Source: Blepharisma stoltei ATCC 30299 (taxonomy: Eukaryota > Protista > Ciliophora). Taken from it: a DNA stretch of 64,000 nucleotides. The position numbers were made by a program, and so were the translations under genes. Positions 11,826 to 23,020 of this stretch are shown here, piece after piece. Every line of letters starts with the position of its first letter. Within the stretch, counting starts at the first letter, position 1. A model generated the notes under the pieces. It ran no database searches and was not told the origin of the DNA. It saw only the letters and a program-made list of their open reading frames with translations. The stretch lies in contig CBFDEM010000021.1 in the NCBI GenBank assembly GCA_965603825.1, positions 310,001 through 374,000 of the forward strand. The letters are read 5' to 3'.

Positions 11826-12329
11826 CTATGATGAGCTTTTTCTCCATAATAAAAATCGATCTTCTAGCCTTTTAATTTCAAAATCACTTAATCCAAGCTG
11901 TTTTATATATTCTTGGCTATCGTTATATATACAAGAATGGACTTCAGAAATCCTATGAGAGTGTAATAGATCAGCCATATCTCCACAGTCACAGCTGTCA
12001 GTTAATGCCAGTCTGAAATAAAAATATGCTTTGTCTAGGTCCATGTCTACGTACTTATCCTTTATATAAATCTTTCCTAATTGAAAAGCGGCTAAGCTGC
12101 TCGTTCTTGCTGCTTTTCTAAGCCAATAAAGCGCATGTGGTATGTCAGGAGGTTGGTTTTTCATACCTCTTCTAAGGAGTTTTGAGTAAATTATCATTGC
12201 TTCTGTGTTTCCTTCTTCTGCCTGAGTTTTATATTCTTTCATTCATTTATTTAAGTGTTTCTGCAAGCATTTCCCTAAGCTTTTTGATTTTGGCTGGGAA
12301 TCCGTGATACTGTCATTACTTCTATTCAT
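11826..12329 (-). CDS. Sel1-like repeat protein
   Basis: AEEGNTEAM, ALYWLRKAA, AAFQLGKIY...DLDKAYFYF. Extended upstream through one TGA to ATG 12329. Confidence 0.75.
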
Positions 12330-12503
12330 TTTTGGGAGGCATTAATTTTAAGCGTAAAATATATAAACAATTTTAATTTTAATTAAATATATTAATTAAA
12401 ATTGGTGTATAAGACATATAATTCTATCTCCTAGGCTAAGTATGCTTACTATACAAAAGAAAATAAAATTTGGTTAATTTTTTAAAAATATAATAATTTT
12501 AGA

Positions 12504-15500
12504 TTACTCACGAGGAGATACTTTATCAAGAGTTTTACTTCCAAGAGCAAGCTCATCAAACTCCAAACTGTTATAAATCGGCTCGAATTTTTTAGTTTTT
12601 CTTGAATCAAAAACATGGAGAAGGTGCTTGATTTTTCTTATTCTTGAAGAGAACTCAATTTTTTGGCTGATTTTTTCGTTAACATCTGACAGTTTTTCTT
12701 CAGCAGAACTCATGATTCCTTCTACTGTACCTTTCCATCCAAAAACAGCTCCAAGTAATGCACTAAGTAAAATCAACCATGTCTGATTAGCACTTCTAAT
12801 GGTATTCAAGCAATTTGTGCTTTTAATTAATTGTACCTGCAAATTTTGGTTTGAGCTGAACGGCAGCTCATAAGCATAGTATTCAGACCCACGGGTAGGA
12901 TTTTGCGTAATTTCAACATGATATCCTGTTAAATTGTTTTTTCAATCTGAAACAGACGATTGAAATAATGACGGCACCATAGAGAAATAAAACACTGTTG
13001 GGTCGTACCCTCGAAGGACCTTATTTGTACTTGATGATAGCCCAATTTCTTCACTACTAATACCGCCAGGTATTGACGAAGTCGAAGTCACATTCACAAT
13101 TATCGCAGAAGAAAAGCTCAAAGACTCGCTTAGCGCAAAGTTTACTTGAGCTCCAGTTAGAATTTCACAATCCAAACAATTAAAAGTGATGACGCAGTCA
13201 TTATTATCATCCATAACACATTTTACTGTATATCCATTAGACTCTATATTTGTGGTTGTCACTTTTATAGTGGAAAGACAAGCTCCATCAGCCACGCACT
13301 TTCCTCCATATCTGATAAATGAGGCAATCAACACAATATCTCCATAAAAATTTGTAGCTTGGTCTTCTACAGCTACCAATGGCAGCAGAGCTTTAGACTC
13401 AGTAACATTATCTAGCACAAAGCTTGAGATGTTTGCCATAATAAACCAGGAAGCTCCAATTAGATATCCTATTGTAAAATACCCACCAAACCTATTTTTG
13501 AATTTTCTTAAAACAATATCATCACCAACATTATGGTTCTCTTCGAACATATCAATTCTCTTTAACCAATTCCTAGTAGGCCTAGAAGACAGTACAAAAA
13601 TGGTCATTATTCCAAAAAGAGCCAAGCAAGCTATTAAATAATTATCGGTCAGTGTGCTTACCTCATTTGTACCAGTTGAATAGGTCTTAGGCTGAGAGGA
13701 TGATGATGAGATTTCAGTTGAACTTTCTGAAGGGGAAGAACTTCCTGTAGGGCAATAGTAATAAAATGGACATTTTTTGCATAAGGATTGGCCCGTAAGA
13801 TCGTTATATTCGCCTTCTCTGCATGGAAAGCATTCTCTTCTATTGTTGCAGCTGGAGCTTGGGTTGTAAGTCCCTTCTGGGCATTCATCGCAGCTGCTCT
13901 GGCCAAACTCACTGTTATAAGTTCCTACAGGGCATGCTGAGCAGCCGCTACTAACTTTTTTGGTGCCTGGGCTACAAATTGCAGGACATGAAGAGCTATC
14001 ACAAAACTGGGTCAATTTTACCTTATAAAAAGTATCAACAGGTACTGAATTTCTCATAAAAATCCCAGTTGCAAGTCCACCTCCATGGATATATATATCT
14101 GTTTTATAATACGTAAAGGCAGCAGCAAAAATATGCACAGGGGTTGACGGATAATCAATATACGTATAGTTATTCGTCATATCAATAGCATAGGCATAAT
14201 CCTTTATATCAGTTCCCCACTGCTCTCCTGCAATAAATATAATATAATCTCTGACATAAACCACAATCCCTTCCCCCATATTTCTAAACCAATCTGCAGG
14301 GATTTTCAATGTTTTCCATTCTGCTGTATTAACAGAATAAGAAAAAATATTACTAGCAGGCATGTCTCCATCCCCTTTGCCACCCATAATATATAAAGTA
14401 GTTGCAGACGTATCCATAGCGCAACGAGGGAAAAACAGCTTATATGGAGCATCTGATGAAATCAATGTAAATGTATTTGAGCCACTATCATAAGTCCAAA
14501 GTTCATTAGATATATATGTAGACGTCTGTCCGCCATATATATAGAGAACAGGGATAGAATAAACTGCGCATGCTGCATACCGTGCTGAAGGTAATGTATC
14601 AGATGAAGGGGAGATTAATTTCCAAGTACTAGAAGAAACGTCAAACTGATATAAATCATCTAAATATTGCCCACTGCTATCTATACCTCCAAATATAAAC
14701 ATTACATTTCCTTGAGAACCTGATGCGTGATGAGATCTCGCTGACGGAATCACTCCATTAGGCGACAGAGATTCCCATGTTTCTGTTTCTGGGTCAAATT
14801 TTCATAAATCATTGAGTTTTGTATCCTTATAAGCTCCACCAAAAATATAGATATAGCCTTCAATAGTTTCCATAGTATGGTATGCTCTTGCTGAAGGGCT
14901 TAGATTGATATAAGCTAAACTTGTATAAATGATTGGGGTTTTGGTAAGGTCAAATTTTACAACATCATTTAAATTTCCGCCTGAGTAATAGCCTCCGCAG
15001 ATATAAAAAGTATTACCATTTACTGCAAAACCATAGGAATCACGTGGAATGTTAGCTGGATCATCACTCGTTCCCACTATTTCTGCAACACTTCATGCAA
15101 AATTTGGGTCAGTTAAATCTACCTTATAAACTTCGCTTACATCGACCTGTGCTACATCACTCCATCCAAACGTTAGATAAAATGAATTATTATATATGAA
15201 ACTCCCTCCTAATGCTCTTGTTGTATAAGTTGCACTTTCATCTGTGATATTTTCTCATTTTTTGCTTGCAAGATCATAACGATAGAAATTTGTATTATAA
15301 ATTCCATTAATATAATCATCACCACCTGCTAGGTATATATAGCCATCGTAGTATTTGATCTGAGGAGAATACATCGCAAATGGGTAGTCGCCATTCTTAG
15401 GGAGTTTGGTTCACGCCATTGTAGTGACATTCAAAGAAGCCATGCTCGCCAATAATCCATTAAGTCCTTTGCCTCCAAAAATAACGAAATTTAAATTTCC

Positions 15501-15980
15501 ATAGCTGTCGGTATATTTGGTACATCCCATAGCACCTCGTGGAGTTGGGATATCACCAGTTGTCGTAATTTCTTTTCACTATATAAAATCTACCTTCATT
15601 GTGGAAATAGTGAACCCTCATAAATCATTCTGAGGACCATAGTCAGATGATCCTCCAAACACATAGAAAATCCCCGAATTCTCATCTGTGAAACTAGCTG
15701 AATATATTCTTTCATCTTCTTAAAAAATACCTGGAGCAGACGAAGAAGTTTCTTCTAGGTGAGACCAGAGGCTGGTATCAAGGTTAAACTGCCAGACATC
15801 ATTATATTTATTTGCAGCAGTTGAGGAGCCACCAAAGACTAATAATGAATTTGTGCTTGAATCATAGTCCATTGCTTGATAAAGTCTGGCTTTGGGTGGA
15901 GGGTTAGAACTTGGAATTCTTGTCAAATCAATGTGACTGCTCAGTGCTAGATGTAGAAGTCAATAAATAAAGAAAAACAT
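12504..15980 (-). CDS. Secreted/membrane protein: signal peptide, kelch repeats, Cys-rich (TNFR/ephrin-receptor-like CPxGTY) repeats, ~3 TM segments
   Basis: Four same-frame ORFs joined by TGA and one 15-nt intron. Kelch motifs PSARxxH...YIFGG...NDLW. CSACPVGTYN, CDECPEGTYN, CKKCP. Hydrophobic N-terminus MFFFIYWLLHLALS. Confidence 0.85.
15716..15730 (-). other. 15-nt intron GTATTTTTTAAGAAG
   Basis: Contains the in-frame TAA. Removal gives the kelch-type SAP/DERIYSASF. Confidence 0.8.
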
Positions 15981-16579
15981 ATTTACTAGAATTTGAAAGC
16001 ATATAGAACTTAAGGAGAAATGGTTAAATAATTATGAGATAAATAAGGAGAATAAATGACATATAATAAGGCGAAAATTAAGATTGCTGTAGAGGGATGA
16101 AACCTCTAAATGTTTTAAAAGAAAAATGGAATGTTTATAGAGAGCTGATCAATTGTCAGAAAATACATTTTTTTTGAGAATCAAAGGCAATTTCAAATAT
16201 TTAAGACCAATTAAAAAGTAGACTTATTAGATGTTTATAAAAATTATATTGCTATAAAGCTTTCTAAAAATTGATAATAAAGAGGTTTCTAATAGAATTT
16301 CTTTATTGCAAACTTTTATTGAATATTAAGTATGAAATTAAAATTTCGTTTATTTAGTATCAATTTACTTCAAATTCCAAAATAATTATGGCTAATTAAA
16401 TCCAAAACTCTAATTTGCATTTCTTTGCAAAAATTATAAATTTCATTTATTTTAATTTATAATAAAGACTTCTTTCCCTATTTTCCTATAATTGTTTAAC
16501 AGTTTTATTTATTATCTCAAGAAGCTTTCCTCTCAATTTTTTAATTATATATAATACCATTTATTTCTGTATACAAGAT

Positions 16580-17218
16580 ATGAGACAAAGACCAGTAACC
16601 GCTGAAATTAATTTAAGAGGCCTTCTCAGCCCAACCATGCTAGATACTCTACCAAAATCTTCACACACTACTGGAGACCTTGAAATTAAGCATAGCTGCT
16701 CCCACAAGCAAATTTCCTCCAAAATTCCAATACTTCCAACAGGAGAAGGAGCTTTATTCATATCAAAGCAAAAGCAAGAGCTCAGGCTGAAACAAAAAGA
16801 AATTAGCAACAAACTATTCAAAAAGACACATTCAAGCTTCAATAAAGATATACCGCCAGAAATCAAGTCGCAATTAAAATTTACACCAACTCAAAGAATT
16901 GCAAGAATTTTTAACCTTAAAAAAGCACTTTATAGTAGAGACTTCAAATCACAGCCTGTCTCTCTGCCGAATTCTCCAAAAAACTCACCAATTAATCAAA
17001 AAGAGTTCTCACTGTCACAGTCTAAGCAAGATTTATTTTGTAGGCTGAACAATATTATAAGTGATTGTCTGGTTGAAAGAGAAAAGGTTGAAAACCTAGA
17101 TTTTAAGACTAAACTTAGACTGAGTGGGTTTAGTAACAAAACAGAAAAGCTAAAGAAAGAGATGGAAATGATTTTAAGTCCGAAAACTCACTATAAAAGC
17201 AGTAATAAAATTATGTAA
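16580..17218 (+). CDS. Hypothetical basic protein (212 aa)
   Basis: Uninterrupted ATG-TAA ORF flanked by AT-rich spacers. No recognisable domain. Confidence 0.6.
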   Translation: MRQRPVTAEINLRGLLSPTMLDTLPKSSHTTGDLEIKHSCSHKQISSKIPILPTGEGALFISKQKQELRLKQKEISNKLFKKTHSSFNKDIPPEIKSQLKFTPTQRIARIFNLKKALYSRDFKSQPVSLPNSPKNSPINQKEFSLSQSKQDLFCRLNNIISDCLVEREKVENLDFKTKLRLSGFSNKTEKLKKEMEMILSPKTHYKSSNKIM

Positions 17219-17230
17219 TTGATAATTAAA

Positions 17231-18583
17231 CTATAGTATAATATCTGAAAACATAGGTGCCATAATTCTAATAAACTCTTGAACATCAAATAATTTCTCA
17301 TGATCCCTTTCGAAGTTTCTCAATACATTTTCTAGATATTCTTCTTCTATAATGTGCTTGAAGCATTCAACTAATTCAGCATAATCAATAAATCCATCAC
17401 GATTTATATCATAAATCTCAAACAGCCTTTTTAAGTTTCTTATGCTAGGCTCACTTAATTTTTTCATCGCTTCTCTTTGAGCCTTTTCCCTTATTTTTTC
17501 CTGCATCTTTGCTTCATTTTCTTCAATTCATCCCATAATAACTTTTATTTGGTCACTTGTAGCCCCTCCGCAACAAACTTCTAAAATTTCTTGAAAATTT
17601 GCTTGCTCATGGATTATTGACATGTCTTCAATAATATTGGCATAGGATTCTAACAGTGGGATATTACTTAATACTGCTCCAAATGCTTGCGTATTAACTT
17701 CGTGCTTAAAATTTTCTAATTTTTTAAAAGTTCTCTTCAACTCAAGGGCTCAACTTTTGGTAAAGACTTCGCCATTAACTAAGATATAGACTTCTTTTGG
17801 CTTTTTGATAAATCTTTCTGTCATTGATTTTTGTTTGGGCATCATTTGCCTTATAGGGGTAAGATTTTTTATATTTAGCTTCGGAGTTACTATAGGTTTT
17901 GATACTTTCTTATTAGGGGTAAGGCTACGAGTTTTAATTGGTGATAGCAAAGGTGGAAGCTGCACTATAGTGGGTGTTGTGAGGTTTTCATATGAGTGTA
18001 ATAAGTTATAAACTTCTCGTGTGTTATGAGTCCAAAATAATAGCCTAAATATGTTTTACTCATCTGTAGATATTCAAGACTGAGATGAACATTGAGACAT
18101 CAATTGATCTGCTATAGCAACTGATAATTTATTTGATGGGATTGGGGATTTTGTCATGCAAGATATAGAATTTAATGATGAATTGAGCATAATGACGATT
18201 TCGTCACGAACCAATGCTCTGTCATTGTCATTGTCAAATAGTCTCATAATAAGCTTCACTTTTTGTTCTCAAGAAATTTTCCCGTAAATTACTATAGCGC
18301 ATAAAAATTCGAGTGCGTTTATTCTTGGAGGGGTTCCTTTAGAAAATAATGAGAATATTTGATGCTCCAGACCGTCAATTGGAGACTCAACTGTAAGCTC
18401 TTTTAATTTATTTTTGGATAGAAAGAAGCCATAAGTACTTGGAATTCGCCAAAAACGTTTAAAGACATCTAAGGTGTCTCGTCATTTTCCTATATATAAT
18501 TTACATTCAGTTAAAAGCTTTCCTACTTGTGTAACTGGCTGAGAAATGTCAATTTCACTATTTGCTGCTAAAATTTGTCCCAT
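17231..18583 (-). CDS. Multi-EF-hand (calcineurin B/NCS-like N-part) protein, ~440 aa
   Basis: MGQ start. W-EQKVKLIMRLFDNDND and LFEIYDINRDGFIDYAEL EF-hands. Four same-frame ORF fragments joined by TGA and 15-nt introns. Confidence 0.78.
18045..18059 (-). other. 15-nt intron GTAAAACATATTTAG
   Basis: Contains the in-frame TAA. Removal restores ISTDE/LLFW. Confidence 0.85.
18490..18504 (-). other. Putative stop-less 15-nt intron GTAAATTATATATAG
   Basis: Consensus match. Not forced by the reading frame. Confidence 0.6.
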
Positions 18584-19367
18584 TTTTCTAATTACAATTA
18601 AATTATTTGCATTAGCTTGAATAAATGATAAATAAATTAAGATTATTCTTTTAAAACTTACTTTGCGAAGGATTCTTTAAGGTAAAGTAAAAATTAAAAA
18701 AAAAATTATAATTCAAAATTTCAACAATACATCTAATAAATTTCTGTATTGTCTATCAATTACTGATATAACAAATAATTACTCTGTGATTTTCATGTAT
18801 TTCACTCTTTTAGACATTTTTAAATAAACTCAATTTATTTTCTCTACATCTTTATGATGAAAAAATTGAAATCCTGTTTTGGGAATCTTGGAAGTAATAT
18901 AAGATGCTTTTCTAATTAAATAATACTTATCTGATATTTTTTTAACTCTCATCTGCTCTCTTTTTTAGCTATTTATTATTTCAGGCTTTGTTTGCTTAAA
19001 AAATTAGGTCTATTTCTTTCAGCTCGTTTACTGAGATTTTTAATTTTAATAGAGCATGATTATTAAATTCGCTTTCTAGCCTATTAATGTTCTACATGCT
19101 AAATTTTATAAATTTTCTGACAGAAATTATTTCACTAACTTCCATATTATATTAAAATCGAAAAGATTTTTGATTATGCCAAAATCAGTAATTAATCTGT
19201 CGTCAGCCTCTAATCTAGAATGAAATGATATTAAAAACTTTTAAGAGAAGCTTAAAGAGTTGTCTGTGAATAATTCAAAATCAAAACAGTTTTAAATAAA
19301 TCAGCCTTATATAGACTGTTGATAAAAACAATTATTTACTTGTATATAGTTATATAACTATATCGGT

Positions 19368-19610
19368 TTAAAGTACAAGAGAAGAGTCTTTATTCTTGCT
19401 CCCTATTTGAAGCTTTCTCTTCTTATATAGTGGACTTTTCCATATACACAATTTCATTCGCAATGCTTTTTCTTGGTTACTTTCTCGGTTAATTATAGCA
19501 GCTTGATCAGGGTCTTTATTTATTATAGCAATATCATAATCTGTCAGCATTTCTTTGCTCGATCCGGTAAAACTAGACCGCGTTCTTTTTGTGCAGCATT
19601 CATTTCCCAT
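19368..19610 (-). CDS. Small putatively acylated protein (80 aa), MGNECC family copy 1
   Basis: MGNECCTKR...LTDYDI, shared with the neighbouring paralog. Confidence 0.7.
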   Translation of the reverse strand: MGNECCTKRTRSSFTGSSKEMLTDYDIAIINKDPDQAAIINRESNQEKALRMKLCIWKSPLYKKRKLQIGSKNKDSSLVL

Positions 19611-20422
19611 TTCTTCTCTAATTAAATATTTATGAAATATGTAATACGACAGCAATCATTCCAATGGTGCTTTTAGTATATCCATAAAGATATTTCTTAT
19701 AGATGAAATATATGCAGGATATTCTGAACACCAATGAAAATAATAAAAACCTTTAGAGTGAATAATAAACTCATTTATGAGTATCCTATAATAGTATCTG
19801 ATTATTTGGCATGCGAACTCATATTTCAAACTCAAAACATATCTTCCCTAAAATCTCGACTGCATTTTGTCGAATAAAAAAAGTTGAATAAAATGGGCAA
19901 AAATTGGTTTATGATAAAAAAATGGGTTTTACCAGGCAAATCAAAGATTTCACTAATGGGAAAAAATAATCAATTCCTCTTAATCATTTCTAATTAACTT
20001 TCAGCTTTTTATCTCTCTATGCTTATATATGCGCACCTCTTCATTTGCACTTAAAAATTTAATATATATCTTCAACGTAATTATTGCTTGCTCTCATGTT
20101 TTTTATTAACTTTTTTAGAATAAATAAGCACGACAAATTGTTGAATAGTTGCATTTAGTATGATGACAGTTCTTTACTATATGAATAAACAAAATATATA
20201 AATACTAAAAACAATGCTTGGTAAGTCTAGCTAAAGCTTAAATTATATAATTTATTCGACCATAACCAGCGAGTATTTTTATTTTAACTCCAAGGTAATT
20301 CAATAGTAAGACTTATATAGGATTGCTTACTAAAAACTTTTAATTATGCTAATGTGAAATTTATTTCCAATCCTATTTAGACAGGTTTCTTAATAGAGAA
20401 GAATTTACTTAATAAAAATTGA

Positions 20423-20650
20423 CTATTTAAAAGCATTTTTTATCTTTCACTGCGTATTTTGATTTTTCTCTCCTCGATCAAAATTTGAATTTTTACATAA
20501 TAAACCGTTTTCTATACCAAGCATGATATCAAGCTCTTTTGTCCTGCTGCTTGTTTGGCTTATTATATTGATATCATAATCTGTCAAGCATTTTTCATTT
20601 GGCTCAAGATCATCCATCCTTGCCCTTTTTGAGCAGCATTCATTTCCCAT
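20423..20650 (-). CDS. Small putatively acylated protein (75 aa), MGNECC family copy 2
   Basis: MGNECCSKR...LTDYDI. Reads through TGA 20449-20447 to TAG 20425-20423. Confidence 0.65.
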
Positions 20651-20877
20651 TTATTTAGTATATTTATCGCATAAACAATTATTGTGGAGGCAAACATATG
20701 CTCATGTTTTTTATTTTTGAAACTTCTTATCATTGAAGTGAGCATTTAATATCAAAATTTTATTTTTGCTGAAAACTCTATTTGTTGACTAATTAAAAAG
20801 GCGAGGAAAATGCTTCATCCTGATTAAAAAATAATAAAATCTAAAAATTAATAAGATATCAAAACTAAATTTAAATA

Positions 20878-22980
20878 TTATTTTATTTCAATCCCAAGCT
20901 GCTTCCTAAGTTTTTTCTCAGCTTTCTTTTGCTTCATCGAAAGCTGCATAATTCTTTCACTAGCTTTGGCTCTTTCAATTCCAAAAATCCTTTCCAACTT
21001 CAATCTTTCATCATCGTCAACATTTTGAATTTGCTTTTCCCTCTCATTTTCTTGTATTTCTTCTTTGTCTAATAAATCTTGCATTTCTTTTAAATGTTTT
21101 TGTTTTAATTGATCATATTTTTTAATTGCAAACTCGGTCATTTTTTCTGATTGTCCTTGAATTTTTGGGAGAGGTTTTACATAAGAATTATAACCTGGAC
21201 TAGATTTATTTGTAATAAAAGTTTCTGAATTTTTATTTGACTGCGGCTGTGGAGGATTTTCCTGCTTATTTGGGGAAACATCTCGCTTATTTTGTGTTTG
21301 AGCTTTAGGCTGAAGATTAGTAAAGGGTTTTGGCTTCATTTTTGGGATTTCTGGAGTTTTTATTACAGATTGCTCAGATATAATGCTTGACTCATTACTC
21401 ATTAGTCCAAGTTTGCTAGTGTATTCTTTAAGGTCCCCTTTTTTCTTTTTAGCTTCTTCAAACATTTTAACTATTCTTTGTTTTTCTGCTTCTGCCTTTT
21501 CTTTTCTTTTTCTTCTTTCCTCCATTAATTCCTCTCTCGCTTTTTTTAAAAGCTCGACTCTGTGACTATCTTCATTAATTTTTTCTAGTACTTTTTCTCT
21601 ATGGTAATTTTGCTGTTTCGCTATCCTTTTCACGTTTTCAATTCTATCAGTTCTTTTCATACCTTCTATTTCACTTTTAATTAGCATCTCATGCTCCTTT
21701 TGCTCTTTTAATTTTTGAACTTTTTCTTCTTCCTCAGTTCTTTTATCTAGAATCTTTTTTACTCTTTCTTGCTCATTTTTCTCCATCCTTTGACGGACTT
21801 CAAGGATTTGAAGCTCTCTTAGTTTTTCTTCTTCTTTTCGCTTTTGAAGTTCATATTCTTTCTTTTTCAGCTGCTCTTCAAACCTTCTTTGGGCCTCTTC
21901 ATTAGCTTTGATTAGATCATTTTTTCTTTTTTCTTCCATCATGATGTTCATTTCTTGGACATTTTTTAGTTCTAAAGCTTTTAGTTCAGCCTTTCTAAGT
22001 GCTTTAAGCCTCTCCCTTTCTCTTTCTTCTTCGATTTTCTTACGTTTTTCTTCGTTTTCTTTTTGCCTCTTTTCAAAATCATTTCTTCGCTTTTCTAAAA
22101 TTTCTTGAAGGTTACTCTTAGCAGATTCTAACTTTGCCTCTTTTTCAGCACGAATTTTTGAATTTTCAGAAACTTTTTGCTGTATAATTTTTGCCATCAT
22201 TTCTTTTCTTTTGCTTTCTCTTTCGTCAAGCTCTTTCTTCTTTTCTTCAGCTCATTTTGCTTTATACTCCATCATTTGTTGAGTTCGTTTTTTGTACTCT
22301 TCTTGCTTTCTATTTGTTTCTTCTTCTTTTCTCAATTTTTCTTTCAATTTGTCTTCTTTAAGCTTTTTTTGTGTTCTTTCATATTCTTCTTGAGCCCTCT
22401 TTTTTCTATTTTCTTCCTCTTCTTGTAAGCTCATTTTTTTCTTGTCTTCATCTCTTTTTCTTTTTTCATCTTGCTCTCTCCTTTTCTTTTTAATTTCTTG
22501 CTGTCTTGATTCCTCTTTTTGTCTTGCCTTTTCTGCTTTTTCTTCATTTTTCTGTCTGAGAGCGTCCATTCTGAGCTCATAATCAATCATCTGCTGAAGC
22601 TCTTGTTTTTGCCTCCTTTCAAGTTTTTCAATTTCTCGTTTTTCTCTTTCGATTACATTTGAATTTGCTAGTGATGCATCAAATGTGTCGTTACGTGAAT
22701 ATTGGGATTTATTTACAACTAAATCACTATCAGAAATTTTGTCTCTTTCTTCTTTGAGTCATTTTAATTTTTCTAGGCGCTTTTGTTCAACAAAGTCATA
22801 GCGAATTTTTGCAACTTCTTCAGTCATCCCTTTCGTCATAAATGATTGGAGAGGCCGGTAGATTAATTCATAGTTTTCTATTCCAAGTCTTTTACAAGCT
22901 TCGGTTGATCGTGGCGTTAAGGAAGGAGCTTCAAGTATTTCTAGATCTAAAGTATCTAATGATTGAGGAGATTTTTCCAT
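20878..22980 (-). CDS. E/K/R-rich coiled-coil protein (700 aa)
   Basis: Three same-frame ORFs joined by two TGA. N-terminal TPRSTEACKRLGI followed by a long charged helical region. Confidence 0.8.
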
Positions 22981-23020
22981 TATTATGAAAGTTATAGAAA
23001 TTAATAAGTATATTAATAGG

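Noticed and set aside
12375-12403. AT-only inverted repeat
   Set aside because: Expected by chance in a very AT-rich spacer.
18760-19145. Coding-like minus-strand stretch with a possible 15-nt intron (GTAGAACATTAATAG)
   Set aside because: Multiple TAA/TAG remain in the frames tried, the candidate intron lacks the T9-A10 consensus, and no domain is recognisable.
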